DNA of 64,000 nucleotides from Octopus vulgaris (lineage: Eukaryota): NCBI GenBank assembly GCA_951406725.2, contig OX597835.1:4836001-4900000 (forward strand), given 5' to 3'. This document shows, piece by piece, positions 49,082 to 62,762 of this stretch (position 1 is its first letter; each line of letters begins with the position of its first letter). Below the pieces are notes generated by a model. That model searched no databases. It had not been told where the DNA came from and saw nothing but the letters and a program-made list of their open reading frames with translations. Both the position numbers and the translations under genes were made by a program.

Positions 49082-49904
49082 ACTTTTTCAATCACCAAGC
49101 GTTATACTAATACATCTGTTTGTTTTCTACACCACCTGACTTTGTCTTTTGTTTTTTTTTCGTGAATTCCCCACTTTACATGAAAAGTGTGGATAATGTG
49201 GAAATTTTAGTGTCAGATCTAAGCAAGTAATCTTATGATAAAAGGCTTTTCGGCTATGGCTATCCCATTTATTTTCATATTGTACCCCATTATTTGAAGG
49301 AAGTTTGATTGTTATTTCTTGCAAGTGAAGCAATCATATAGAGTCTCCACTGGTGGTGGATAATTTTGCCTTGATACTTTAGGCAATATTCCTTGCCTAA
49401 GCTGATGTAGTAAAGCTGATGGAATATCATTTGGTTGTTGTGACTCTATAGGTGTAGGCTGTTTGAATTATATGAAGGGACAAACTCAGGAGATGATGGC
49501 AGTTACTCATTAAGTTATCTTAGATGGATTGCTGGAGGAGTGCATTTGTTATCACAAATAATTGGGAAAAACTGGTTTAGATTCTGCTTCATAATGGACT
49601 TCAGATAACAAAAGAAAGTCCAAGGTGTGGTGTTAATATGCAGCAGATGTATAGTTAGAGAGGCTCTGGGAAATCCAGAAAAAAAACCCTTCTCCCTCCA
49701 GACTGTGTACAAGAAGGAAAAAGAAATTCATTGAATGAAAATAAATGGAAGTTGTTGTTGAGGAATTTCAGGTGAGAGAGATGGAGGGTAAAATTTGTGG
49801 TGGTGCATACACCATTTTTCGAAGCAAAGTTTGTAACCTGGAGAATTTGATATGTGTGTGTGTGTGTGTGTGTGTGTATACATATATATATACATATATA
49901 TACA

Positions 49905-50270
49905 ATAACTCTGAGCACCTTTTCAAACTCCAGCCATCTAACACCCGTGGACATATTTACAAAGTAAGAAAACAGCACAGCTCCCATGACTTCAGGAAAC
50001 AATTTTTCACGCTGAGGGTTGCTGAAGCATGGAACGAACTGCTGGCATCAGTTTTTAGTTGTCGGAGCACTGCAGCCTTGAAAACTTCCATGCTTCCTGA
50101 GATTCACCAACACTACACCTGATTTTCTCCCCTCCATACACACGCAAGCATGTACCTGACTCATACATTGTTCGCTTTCCAGACATTTGTACTTTAGTGC
50201 ATATGCTTTATACGCACTTTTGACAAGTTGTGGTGCACCTGAGCACTGTATACAATAATTTCATTGTATT
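49905..50270 (+). mobile_element. CR1/L2-clade LINE 3' end
   Basis: EHLFKLQPSNTRGHIYKVRKQHSSHDFRKQFFTLRVAEAWNEL..ALKTSM, the typical CR1 ORF2 C-terminus. Confidence 0.85.
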
Positions 50271-50895
50271 ATATTATATTATATATATATACATACACAT
50301 GGATGCACTGCCAGAAATGCACATGAATGTGTCTGATTGCCTGTGTAAACACTTATATATGGGACCCGGCATCTGAAAAGGGTGTGAAGTAACACAAATA
50401 TAGACATTTACGAGTAGGCTTTTGTAGATAATTTGATGTATGGAACCATAGAGTGAAATACATATGAGTGTGTCTATGTGCATAGCTAAGTACTTATTTA
50501 CAAGGCCCTCCACCTGAATGTAATATAGACACATATATACTTATTTATGCATATAGAGATATGTAAATGGGTCCATATGGATTTGTGTGCATGCTAACCC
50601 ACTGATAAAAAGGAAAAGCTAAAAAGAAAAATAAATAGAAAAATATACATAAGTGTGCATCTTTGTATATAAACAAATACTTGTGTACATGTGTTCATGT
50701 TTGCCGAACAAACATCTATATGCCGATGAAACCGGGAAACCGGCCCTTATGAGCCAGGCATGGCTCGAGAAGGAACAAGCAACAACAACATGATATAAAT
50801 GCAGAATGGGTCAAAACGAGATCATTGTGCTAAATAAAGATTTGTACTAAATCTATCTTGTTTCCTTTATCAACTGTATGTGTGTGTCTGTGTGT

Positions 50896-50927
<32 letters not shown>

Positions 50928-51314
50928 TCATGAATGTTTCTGTATATTTTAAAAACTTTTTATTTATTCTTATTTTTATTATTTTGAATAACTATTTTCT
51001 TTCTTTGTGAAGGCGCGTGGCTTAGTGGTTAGGGTGTTGAACTCATGATCGTAAGGTTGTGGTTTTGATTCCTGGACCGGGCGATGCGTTGTGTTCTTGA
51101 GCAAAACACTTCATTTTCACGTTGCTCCAGTCTACTCTGCTGACAAAAATGAGTAATCCTGCGACGGACCGGCGTCCCGTCCAGGTGGGGGAATTTCTAC
51201 GCCACTGAAACTGGGAAACTGGCCCTTATGAGCCTGGCATGGCTCGAGAAGGAACATTTATTTATTTTTCTTTTTTTATTTTCTTTCTTTGAATGTTCAT
51301 AAATCTGCTTCCAG

Positions 51315-51407
51315 CTCCGTTGTTCCCTGACTGCTTGCTATGCATCAAACTGTACAAACACAACCAGCCTCCAAACAAACAGCAGTGCGTTTCAACCACA
51401 AATTCAG
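51315..51407 (+). CDS. VWDE-like gene exon
   Basis: cttccag/ LRCSLTACYASNCTNTTSLQTNSSAFQPQIQ /gtaatt; phase 0-0. Confidence 0.85.
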
Positions 51408-51524
51408 GTAATTATAAGCTACTTTTAAACTTCTGTATTTTCCCCACCAAAAATTTATGACATACTGGTATTATCTAATATCTAATGACATACTGGTATT
51501 ATCTAACATTCAAAGATTACTCAA

Positions 51525-51752
51525 GGCGGCGAGCTGGCAGAAACGTTAGCACGCCGGGCGAAATGCGTGGCCGTATTTCGTCTGCCGTTACGTTCTGAGT
51601 TCAAATTCCGTGAGGTCGACTTTGCCGTTCATCCTTTCGGGGTCGATAAATTAAGTACCAGTTACTCACTGGGGTAGATATAATCGACTTGATCCGTTTG
51701 TCTGTCCTTGTTTGTCCTCTGTGTTTAGCCCCTTGTGGGTAGTAAAGAAATA
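51525..51752 (+). mobile_element. tRNA-derived SINE (GAGCTGGCAG family)
   Basis: Family match. Confidence 0.85.
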
Positions 51753-52536
51753 GGTATTATCTAATATTATAGTTTAGAATTTATATTATTCTGTAGAATT
51801 AGTTCTAGGTAAGGGTAAAGGGTAAAGACCCCCTTCAGTCATGAATGACTGTAGGATTTCACCTAGAAAGTTGCCCTTTGAGGTACAAGTCTAGGCAAGG
51901 TTGTTTATGGAAGACCAGCCTCCTCTCACATATACCAGCTTCCTCACTCCTTGACACCAATGATATCCAAGGGAAAGGCAAAGGCCGATAGACCCTCACA
52001 CCAGTGACATTGCAATTCATTTCTACAGCTGAGTGAACTGGAGAAACATGAAATAAAGTGTCTTGCTCCAGAACGCAACACACAGCCTGGCCCTGGAATT
52101 GAACTCACTATCTCATAACTGTGAGCACTAGTTTTAATTAATTAACTTAGTTTTAGGTGGAATTAAGTTAATTAGAATTATGATATACCTTTATGGTGTA
52201 GTTTCATAGTTTACAGTGTACATTATTAATGGTGGGTAAAATTTGAAATTAAGGCAATTAAAACTACTTTTAATCTTCAGAATATCTCTAAAATATAATC
52301 ATACACTATTAGTGTTTGATATACAAATTATATAATGGTGCACAGGTACAATACTGTACTCATATAGAGGCATAGAAAATTAAAAGAATAAGTTATTCTG
52401 TTTCATTAGTCAGGAATGATATTGTCAGCGTGGTAAAGAGGAGTTAAATTAGTGCTATGACAACTCAGCATCCCATGTGTGCATATGTGTGTGTATGTAT
52501 ATATGTATGTACAGAGAAAGAGAGACATTTATTTAA

Positions 52537-52925
52537 TACTAGCAGTATCGCCCGGCGTTGCTCGGGTTTGTAAGGGAAATAACAATAAAGCATTTTTAGA
52601 GAGTTATAGCCAAAAAATAGCAAAAAATGGAAAAAAAATTATGGTAAATTTATTTTTGAGAGTTAAAAAGGTGGAGTTGCGTCCCCTAGACAGTCTGTGG
52701 TTTGTGTTTCTGATTCTCGACCCCATGTCGAATTTATCGATTTTTTTCAGAACTGGGGGAACTTTTCAAAATTTTCGCTGCGTTAGTTTTGAATTATGAC
52801 ATTGGGCTATGTGTGTGTCAAGTTTCATCAGAATCGGTTGAAAGCCGTGGTCAGGGTGAGGGTACAACCTAACAGACACACAGAAACACACACAGACAAA
52901 CTGCCGTTTATATATATAGAGAGAT
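52537..52925 (+). mobile_element. Non-autonomous Helitron/Helentron-like element
   Basis: Begins ACTAGCAGTATCGCCCGGCGTTGCTCGGG (hairpin) and ends (CAGA/CA)n..TTTATATATATAGAGAGAT; classification is by resemblance only. Confidence 0.55.
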
Positions 52926-53904
52926 GTTCTGTAGAAATAAGCTGTAGAAATTAGAATTGAATAGCAGAGTCTAACTTAAGGGTTTCATAAATCTCTGTTG
53001 AAATATAATAAAGGTCGGAAAAAACATCCAAAAAAACTCACTCGTCCCAGTTAACTTTCAGATTCAGTCAAATTGTGATAGACAACCAAACTGATATGGT
53101 ACCATTCACAATGGAAACAGCACCTTTAGCTACTTCTCAGCTGTGTCAATAATCAGGACTATGGTCTCTCAATAACAAAATCTTTGTAAGTTTGAGTAGC
53201 AACCAACAAGATTTCCCTCCAAATGAAATTTGGCAAAATAGAAAAAGACTACTTTTAGTCTTTGGGGAAATGGTGGTGGTGAGGTGCTTAAAATTTAGGT
53301 GGGCTGTGTTTTTTTTTTTTTTTTTTTCTTTTTCCATTTCTGTTAGGAATGGGCTTGGCAAATAGTTCTGGACATCTTTTGGGTTCTTCAAGCCCCTGGC
53401 TGATTTACCTGTGGAATTCTCACCTCATAGACCCTGTTCATAGTTATTAAACTTCTTCACCGCAAATGTGGCAATGTTGTACTATTAACTAATGTTTCGT
53501 CTCAATTTCTATTATTGAATCGAATGTCCATGTGAGCATGGTGATGGAATATAGTAAAAATGTTTATATCTCTCTTGAATTATGGCCTGAAAACTGTGTT
53601 TCTGTAAGCCAATAAGGTTTACTATGCCAAATCAGCTTGAAATTTAGTGCAGCTCTCCAGGTTATCAATTTCAGTCAAGCAGTATAACCCATACCAGAAT
53701 GGAAAGCAGATGCTAAATGATGATGATGATGATGACTTCTGTATCTGAGAGTATTACCATTATATCATGATGACATCATTCCCTTTAAAAAGTTAATATC
53801 AGCAGCAGTCACATTTGCTGCATCGTTTCAGACATTGGAATTAAGTATAAGTCATTATAAATCACCTGAGATTCATTTCAAAAACTAAAAACAACAACAA
53901 AACA

Positions 53905-54009
<105 letters not shown>

Positions 54010-54038
54010 GGATTAACTGTAGAAATTCTCATATTTAA

Positions 54039-54258
54039 CCCTTTCATGCTCAGATTACTCTGTTAAATGTAAAGCTTATCTATTCACATTGTTTTGAAGT
54101 AATCATGCATTAGCTCTTAGCTTCAAAATTTTGATGGTGTGATTGTTTACTTTTAAAACAACATTGTAGCAGTGGTGTGAGAGGCCAGATCTGGTCTGTT
54201 GGAATGAAAAACAGGTAAAATACTTGGGCTAGATATGGCCAGTTTCAATACCAAGGGG
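54039..54258. mobile_element. piggyBac-like MITE just upstream of a splice acceptor
   Basis: TTAA/CCCTTT ... AAGGGG/TTAA. Confidence 0.65.
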
Positions 54259-54283
54259 TTAATAATATTTCCTGTAATTGCAG

Positions 54284-54667
54284 ATTACCAATGAGGATCC
54301 AATCGTTGTCGAGGAAGGAAAAGAAACAAAAGATCTTCGATTTAAATGCAATGTACCACCACATTTGGTATGCATGAATGCTCATAAACCTCGCAACTGT
54401 CGTGTGACCTTCCAGATCAGTTCTAAAGAGATGGGCATTAAGTGTCCAAACCAAAAATTTCTTCCACAAATAGCTTTTGAAGCCAATACGATATCAGCAG
54501 AAACATCATGTAATATTTCATTGACTCAAGAAAACTGGCAGCAAGACCAAATAATCCCAGTGTATGGCATAGCCGATGGTTATATTGATGGCAATACAAT
54601 GACCAATGTAACTGTCAGTGCTAAGGCTGGACATACACAACTGCCATACATGTCAGCTTTCACAAAG
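54284..54667 (+). CDS. VWDE-like gene exon (pre-VWD Ig-like domain)
   Basis: tgcag/ ITNEDPIVVEEGKE..CNVPP..C...SCNISLTQENWQQDQIIPVYGIADGYIDG..AFTK /gtaatg; the VEEG and NW..D..DG pattern is typical of VWDE-family proteins; phase 0-0. Confidence 0.9.
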
Positions 54668-54759
54668 GTAATGGTTTGAAATTAAAACTATTTTAAAAGT
54701 TTCATTAGTTTAGAAAATATACTTCCAAAATATTGCCATTAAATTATTGTGCAAATATA

Positions 54760-55178
54760 GACAGGAGTGGCTGTGTGGTAAGTAGCTTGCTAACCAACCA
54801 CATGGTTCTGGGTTCAGTCCCACTGCGTGGCATCTTGGGCAAGTGTCTTCTGCTATAGCCCCGGGCCGACCAATGCCTTGTGAATGGATTTGGTAGACGG
54901 AAACTGAAAGAAGCCTGTCGTATATATGTATGTATATATATATATGTATGTGTGTGTGTTTGTGTGCCTGTGTTTGTTCCCCTAGCATTGCTTGACAACC
55001 GATGCTGGTGTGTTTACGTCCCCCGTCACTTAGCGGTTCGGCAAAAAGAGACCGATAGAATAAGTACTGGGCTTACAAAAAGAATAAGTCCCGGGGTCGA
55101 GTTGCTCGACTAAAGGCGGTGCTCCAGCATGGCCACAGTCAAATGACTGAAACAAGTAAAAGAGTAAAAGAGTAAGAG
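54760..55178 (+). mobile_element. tRNA-derived SINE (AGGAGTGGCTGTGTGG family)
   Basis: Family match. Confidence 0.85.
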
Positions 55179-55696
55179 TATGGTGCCATTTTTTAGTGCT
55201 GAACATTGTGGATTGATATTAATATTGTTGTAATTTGGAAAACTTAAACAATTGCAGCATGGAAGGTGTTTATAAGCCATTTAAGAAACGCACAGAAAGT
55301 AGGGACAGGTAAAATACTGCTAAATATTTTACCTGGCGTGCTAATGATTCTTCCAGCTCACTGCCTTAATAATGATAATAATGATAAACTACATGTGCTC
55401 TATAATTGATGTTGGAGTTGGCTGGAATAAGGATGGTTTGTAATAATACATTTATGTCTTTTATTTCTTATGTAAAAGTGAATGGGCTTGTTTCATGTTC
55501 AAACTAACATGTCCAATTGAATTATTTGGGAAGTACTGGTTGTTCTGTAATTACCAGATTAAAAAACCTCAGTAATTCTAAAACCATCAATGGTTCTACT
55601 TCCTACATTGTAATGGATTTTAAAAAATTTTATGTGTTTTGGATGTTAGTAAGAGTATTAGGATATCTTGAGAAAATCTTTACCATTTCTTTGCAG

Positions 55697-55773
55697 ATAA
55701 CAACCATCGACAATGAGAAATCTAGCGTTTGTATTTCCCTGAATCAAGCTCAAATTTCAACATTTGATGGAAG
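55697..55773 (+). CDS. VWDE-like gene exon: start of VWD domain
   Basis: tttgcag/ ITTIDNEKSSVCISLNQAQISTFDG(R) /gtaaat; TFDG motif; phase 0 to 2. Confidence 0.9.
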
Positions 55774-56012
55774 GTAAATGGATTCTTGAATTTGCAGAAT
55801 TTCTTTATGACCCCCCCTCCCACTATTCAACTCTAAGCAGCTGTCTGATAGTCATTATGTAATAAATCTTGGTTTCTGTATTAACCAGTAGTAATCAACA
55901 TTATTATCATGTACCTACCTTTTGTAACATTATCACACAACAGATCATCCATCTTGTACATACATACGTATGTAGATATGTACATGCCTGCCTACATACA
56001 TACACACACACA

Positions 56013-56053
<41 letters not shown>

Positions 56054-56169
56054 CCATCCATCCATCCATCCATCCATCCATCCATCCATCCATGCATGCA
56101 TGCATGCATGCATGTGGATGTATGTTGAGAGATGATAATTTTGTTTCCTTTGATTTTAATTTATTCTAG

Positions 56170-56233
56170 AATTTATAACAACCACCTAGAAGGGGAGTTT
56201 GTTTTCTATAAGCACAAGTCTCTTCCCTATTCT
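56170..56233 (+). CDS. VWDE-like gene exon (VWD)
   Basis: ttctag/ (R)IYNNHLEGEFVFYKHKSLPYS /gtaagt; phase 2 to 0. Confidence 0.9.
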
Positions 56234-56689
56234 GTAAGTATACATTTTTGTTATTGACTTTGCGCTTATCACAATGAAAACATTCACCTTTTAAGTTATT
56301 ATTTAACATTTACAATACGATGGGTGCTAAACACGTTGATGTCTTCAAATACAGTATATTGCTTGTAAGCAATCTACTGTACATATATCATCATCATCAT
56401 CATCAGAAGCAGCAGCAGAAGCACCAGCATCAACATCATCAGCATCATTTTAGCATTCATTTCATCATGTAGAAAGAGTTAGATTTTTCTATGGCTGGAG
56501 GCTGGTTTGGTGTATCCTTAACTCCAATGGACTCAAGATTGCATTTGACACCACTCTTACTACTGTCAGTTTTTCAGTTGTTGTGTTGGACTAGGGCACC
56601 TGTTCACACAGCAAACCCTACAGCAAACCAAATGAAATGCTGTCCTACATCAACACAGCTGCCTGCCACAATCTTATTGTGTTCAAGAA

Positions 56690-56890
56690 CTGAGTGAAGG
56701 CTATCAGCAAGAAGATTTTGAACCTGTCCTCCAGTCAAGAGATTTTCAATGCCACAGCTCCCTATTACAATGAGGCTCTGGCTTCCAGTGAGTTTAAGGA
56801 CCACATCTCCCATATGTTGGGTCCTAGCACCCACAAAAGGAAGTGTCACCATAAAGTTGTTTGGTTTACCCACCTTTCTTGCTTAACATA
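56690..56890 (+). mobile_element. Penelope-like element RT C-terminal remnant
   Basis: ISKKILNLSSSQEIFNATAPYYNEALASSEF...HKRK..KVVWFT(PPF after a frameshift). Confidence 0.75.
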
Positions 56891-57087
56891 ATTTATTTAA
56901 AACTTTTAAACTACCATATACAATATATATTCATACTTATACATATTTACATATATTTTTATACATATTTATATTTATTTATTTATATATTTTTAATACA
57001 ACAACTATTTTCGCACATGTATATTTTTCTGAGGAGTTTTGATATTGATTTCCTAATATTTTAATAATAATATGTTATTAAAAAATA

Positions 57088-57189
<102 letters not shown>

Positions 57190-57327
57190 TATATATATAC
57201 ATACATACACCCACCCACACAAACATTTATGTGTGTGTGTGTGTATGTTAAGAGAATCTCTGTTAGTATGCATTTTTGTAAATATCTGAAATTTTGACAA
57301 TGGTGAATGTTTAATATTTTCCCCTAG

Positions 57328-57534
57328 GTGAACGTCTTCTACCAGAACTGTACCCATAATGCTCCTTGCAGCTGTGGTGCTGCTATTAAGGCAGGGGATG
57401 ATGTCCTCCTCATCGACAAGTGTCAGAAAAAGGAAAATTCTGTAAATGAACATTTGAATGTGAAATTATACCAAATTGGAGAGCTGGAATCTCAATTTAG
57501 AATTGAAAAATATGAAAATGGTCGATATTATAAG
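57328..57534 (+). CDS. VWDE-like gene exon (VWD)
   Basis: cccctag/ VNVFYQNCTHNAPCSCGAAIKAGDDVLLIDKC...GRYYK /gtaatg; CxCG..GDD..ID.C motif; phase 0-0. Confidence 0.92.
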
Positions 57535-57700
57535 GTAATGTTCATTACTTAAGTGTTTCATATGTGTTATTTTGATTAATAAAACATCTTCTATGTAAGC
57601 AATTATTAATTTTATTTGTGATGTGTGTGTGTGTGTGTTGATGTCATCAGATGATGTCTAATAAGTATTGGGGTGTGTCTACAACAGCCAGTCTTGGCTG

Positions 57701-57990
57701 TCAAAGGCTCCCTGTCCAGCCATGTCTGCTATTCCTGACATTTTGCAAAGAGTCCAGGTACTCAGTTCTCTTCTTTCTAAAAGCTTGATTGTACTTATCT
57801 TCCCAGGGGACTCTGTACTTTGACTTCTCAGACCACAAAACTACTTCTAATTTCATGGTTTGTTGAATGATCTGAGGGAAAACGGCAGCCTTTCTTCTCA
57901 GTCCACTTTTATATCCCATTATTGGGCCCCTTGTCCTTCTTGCTGTGGTCAATGATTTATCTGCTTCCCTCACAAACTTGATTGACAATG
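57701..57990 (-). mobile_element. R2/NeSL/Hero-type restriction-like endonuclease remnant
   Basis: VVLWSEKSK..VPWEDK..AFRKKRTEYLD..RHGW. Confidence 0.6.
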
Positions 57991-59067
57991 TTGTTTTCTC
58001 CTACTGTTGGTGTTTCTCATGTCTCCCTTGTTCAAGGCTGTGAGTGTTTTGAACACCTTATCTCTGTTGGGTAGAGTAAAAACCCCTTTGGTCATGAATG
58101 ACCATGGGATTTCCCCTTAGAAAGTTCCCCTCCGAGGCACAAGTCTGGACAAGGTTGTTTATGGAAGACCAGCAGTCACCCATGCATACCAGTATCCACT
58201 GTCCATGTCACCAATGTTCTTCAAAGGAAAGGCAAAGGCTGATACAGATTTAATGCCAGTGACATCACAACTCGTTTCTACAACTGAGTGAACTGGAGCA
58301 ATGTGAAATAAAGTGTCTTGCTCAAGAACATAGCATACAGCCCAGTCAAGGAATCAAACTCACTCCCTCGTAATTGTGAATCTAATGCCTTAACCACTGA
58401 ACCATGTGCTTTGCTTTACATCCTGATAAGATGTTTGTCAGAGTGGTTCTCTCTCCACAAAGCCTACACAGCTAATCCTCCCTCGTGCACGTCTGCTGTC
58501 ATTGGGAGTGTGTCATGTGCAGTTCACAGCAGTAGTAAGGTGTGAGAAGGCTGTAGTTGCTACAGCTAAGCTCATCTGATCTAACTCTTAGAGAGTCTCA
58601 TCTGGTCCAGACTCACTGGGATAGTTGCTCTAAAGATTTTGATCTTCTGTCTTCCACCTGGTGTCATATTTCTAACATTTATGGTATGGAAGGAGCTAAG
58701 ATCTTGCTGCTTTGTGCTCCCCCATCGTTAGACAATATATGAGGCTGCAACAATTTCTTACCAAACAACCACACAGAGGATTTATTTACAGTGATCAAAT
58801 GTTTATGTAGATATAAGCTCACTCCCACCATCAGATCGACATTACTTGTACAAGTGCAATGGGTACCACATGTCAGATGTCAAAATGATCGCAGAGCAAC
58901 ATGAAATGAAGTGCTTTGCTCAAGAGCACAACACAACACTCGGGCTGGGAATCGAACCCATGATCTCGCAATTGTGAGGGCAACACCTTAACCACTGAGC
59001 CATGTGTCTCCCCATGCAATGAAATGAGGGCTCAACATCACATTGGTGCAATAAATAATTTCTGTAT

Positions 59068-59229
59068 TTGTGAATTAAGGCTACCATTGGTTTCATGTTA
59101 AAATGAGTAGGAAAATATCCGAGTATCTTAACAATTTTTCCATGTGATTGGCTTGAAAAATTGTTAAGATACTTGGATATTTTCCTACTGTTTCTAACAT
59201 GAGTCCAATAGTAGTCTTAATTCACAAAT
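59068..59229. repeat. Fold-back inverted repeat
   Basis: Imperfect arms 59068-59139 / 59156-59229. Confidence 0.8.
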
Positions 59230-59555
59230 TAATTAAAAAATAAAATATATATATATGTATGTATGTATATGGTGTGTGTGTGTATAAGGGGGTGCTGAAA
59301 AGTTCTTGGCTTTGGGTAAAAGAAAATACAGGAAAATCAGTTAATTATGGTTTTATTCAACTAATTCCCCTCTGCGATTATTGCAGTGGTCCTTCAGTTT
59401 TTCTAAGCTCTGTAAAAAATAACTTGGAAGGTTGGGCCTCCAACCAGGCCATATGCTACATCCTTAAAGCCTGGAACTTTTCAGCACACCTTGTATTTAT
59501 GGAAACATAATTATCAACAGATCCAAATATATATATATATCCTACACATATCCTA

Positions 59556-59952
59556 CAGGCGCAGGAGTGGCTGTGTGGTAAGTAGCTTGCTAACCAACCA
59601 CATGGTTCCGGGTTCAGTCCCACTGCATGGCATCTTAGGCAAGTGTCTTCTGCTATAGCCCCGGGCCGACCAATGCCTTGTGAGTGGATTTGGTAGATGG
59701 AAACTGAAAGACGCCTGTCGTATATATGTATATATATATATATGTATGTGTGTGTTTGTGTGTCTGCGTTTGTCCCCTTAGCATTGCTTGACAACCGATG
59801 CTGGTGTGTTTACGTCCCCGTCACTTAGCGGTTCGGCAAAACAGACCGATAGAATAAGTACTGGGCTTACAAAGAATAAGTCCCGGGGTCGATTTCCTCG
59901 ATTAAAGGCGGTGCTCCAGCATGGCCGCAGTGAAATGACTGAAGCAAGTAAA
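59556..59952 (+). mobile_element. tRNA-derived SINE (AGGAGTGGCTGTGTGG family)
   Basis: Family match. Confidence 0.85.
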
Positions 59953-60026
59953 AAAAAAATTTTTTTTAAATATTGATAACTGATCCTTTCTCTTCTTTTT
60001 TTTTCTTGTATTGTTATTTCCTTCAG

Positions 60027-60129
60027 GTCATCTTACCACATGGAACTGAAATATTCGTGGGTGACAGCTATGCTAACTCTGCCAATGTCTGGGTTTATTC
60101 ATCATTTCATGACTATAAGAACACAGAAG
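60027..60129 (+). CDS. VWDE-like gene exon (VWD)
   Basis: cttcag/ VILPHGTEIFVGDSYANSANVWVYSSFHDYKNTE(G) /gtcaga; phase 0 to 1. Confidence 0.9.
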
Positions 60130-60816
60130 GTCAGAGACAAAAGTTTTTCATGTCATTATTTCTAGTTAACCTCACAGCAAGATACCTATTTCTGTCTCTC
60201 TGTCTCACTATAATCTTTCATCGTCTGACACAAGATCACCTCCTCCAATGTTCCCTCCCCTCCCAAAGGATTCTTTGTCTTGCAAGTTACTCTGGTGACA
60301 CGTAATAAGCACCATTCAAATGTGGGTCATTGACAGTGCCACCTAACTAGCTTCCTATGCCAGTGGCACATAAAAAGCACCATCCAAACATGGTCGATGT
60401 GAGTCCCCACCCCTGACTGGCTCTTGTGCTGGTAGCACGTAAAAAGCACAATCCAAACATGGTCGATGCCAGTGTCACCTGACTGGCTCTTTTGCTGGTG
60501 GTTGGCATTAGGAAGGGCATCCAGATGTAGAAACTTTGCCAGATCATATTGGAATCTGGTACAGCCTACTGGCTTACCAGTACCCCCAGTCAAACCGTCC
60601 AACCCATGCCAGCAGGGAAAAACAGACGTTAAGCAAGATGCAGTTGTCTGAGTCAGGCCTTGCCAAACTATCCAACTCTTGCAGCATGGAGAGCAGAAGT
60701 CAAATGATGATGATGATGATTGTATGCATGTATGTATGCATACATGCATGCATATATGTATGTATGTGTTCATGTATGCATGTGCATACATACATATGTG
60801 CATATGTACATATATA

Positions 60817-61048
60817 TTTCTTTATTGCCCACAAGGGGCTAAACATAGAGGTGACAATCAAGGACAGACAAATGGATTAAGTCGATTATATCAACCCCCA
60901 GTGCGTAACTGGTACTTAATTTATCGACCCCGAAAGGATGAAAGGCAAAGTAGACCTCGGCGGAATTTGAACTCTGAACGTAACGGCAGACGAAATACGG
61001 CTACGCATTTCGTCCGGCGTGCTAACGTTTCTGCCAGCTCGCCGCCTT
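60817..61048 (-). mobile_element. tRNA-derived SINE (GAGCTGGCAG family)
   Basis: Family match. Confidence 0.85.
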
Positions 61049-61118
61049 ATGTACATATAATGTTATGCGTATACACCTATGTTCATATCCTCTTTTTTTC
61101 GTTTGTTTTTAAATACAG

Positions 61119-61227
61119 GTCTATGTGGTGTATACGATGATAAACAAGATAATGATCTGAAACATTCAGATGACAGTTACACACAAACAAATACAACTTT
61201 TCCTACCAAGTTTTCTCAAAGTTGGAG
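61119..61227 (+). CDS. VWDE-like gene exon: end of VWD domain
   Basis: tacag/ (G)LCGVYDDKQDNDLKHSDDSYTQTNTTFPTKFSQSW(R) /gtaaga; GLCG..ND..F..SWR hallmark; phase 1 to 2. Confidence 0.93.
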
Positions 61228-62255
61228 GTAAGACAAATTCCATATTTTGACTTGCTTGAAAGCCTAAGTAAGGAATGAGAACTTGATAACATTCTCTGAA
61301 ATCATCAAGGACAGACGAAATGGCTTTAAACTATCAGAATCAAAGTTACTTGACAGGATATAATATGTTGTGATATATTTCAACTGCTAAAAAGTAAACA
61401 GACTGCTGTTACTGTGGAGAAAATATCTCTCTTATGGTAAAAGGTGTGAAAACACCTGGTCTGTTCAGTGTCGCCATCTATCAGGAATCCTAGATATCAA
61501 TGTTTCAAGTTCAATGACTCTTGTCAATGGAATGTGTCCAAGCGAGGTAACACTGAACCGACTTATAAAGCAATAATTTTATGTTTGCGTGTCTATGTGT
61601 GTAAAGAGAATGTAGGAGAAAGTGTGGTAATAGAAGGAGTAAAGCATTTGAAGTGAGAGAGGGAAATCGTAAAATATTGAGTTTTCTCGAATTTTTGCTT
61701 AATTGGGGGTCAAATTGAAAAAAATTTATATGCCATGACCCAATCGAATCTACTTCGAAAAATCATAGGTAAATTCCAATTGAAGAAATTCTATATTGTA
61801 CAATTGTATTAAAAAGAAACATAGTCACAGGCAGAGAAAATCTGCCTTTTATCATAAGAGATAATGAAATGAAATAATTGAAATATATTTATCTCCATTA
61901 AAATATGCTTATCTCCCTTTACATTGCTTATTAAATATGCACTGGAATACAATTATTTTCAAGGAAAGAAAAGATTGTTTACATTAAAATAGTTAATATA
62001 TCTAAAAATATATGGTAATTACAAGCATTTCTCTACTTAGTTTCTGGGGTAGTTCACCCTCAGCAGCTAAGAATCAATAATGTTGAATAAAAACAAGAAT
62101 TTTCTCAATGCCAAAATATCCCAGTACTGAATGGGGTCTCTGAAGAATGAATGGCACTTAGTCATTGCAAAAATATCCCTAAACCCAAAATATTGCTGCT
62201 CTACAATATAATAAAATTTTCACAGTTACATCATAATGACTTCTTAAATGTATAG

Positions 62256-62670
62256 GTGGCCCAGGATGGCTGTGTGGTAAGACGCTTGTTTCCCAACCAC
62301 ATAGCTCCAGGTTCCGTCTCACTGTATGGCACCTTGGGTAAGTGTCTTCTACTATAGCCTTGGAATGACCAAAGCTTTGTGAGTGGATTTGGTAGAAGGA
62401 AACTGAAAGAAGCCCACTGTGTGTGTGTTTGTGTTTGTGTATGTGTTTGTATCAATTTGCGTTTGTCTTTGTGCCTGTGTTTGTCGTGCCATCACCGTCT
62501 GACAACCTATGTTGGTGTTTACATCCCTGTAACTTAGCGGTTCAGCAAAAGTGACTGACAGAATAAGTAGTAGGCTTAAGAAATAAGTCCTAAGGTTGCT
62601 AAAACCCTTCATGGCAGTGCCCCAGCATGACTGCAGTCAAACGACTGAAACAAGTAAAAGAATAAAAGAA
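62256..62670 (+). mobile_element. Diverged AGGAGTGGCTGTGTGG-family SINE
   Basis: Family match, CpG-decayed. Confidence 0.75.
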
Positions 62671-62762
62671 TGAATTTTCCTGTCTACGGTTTAAAAAAAG
62701 AAAAAAAAAAAAGATATGAGTGGAATTTCTTTATTTACTTACTGTTTTGTATTAATTTTCAG

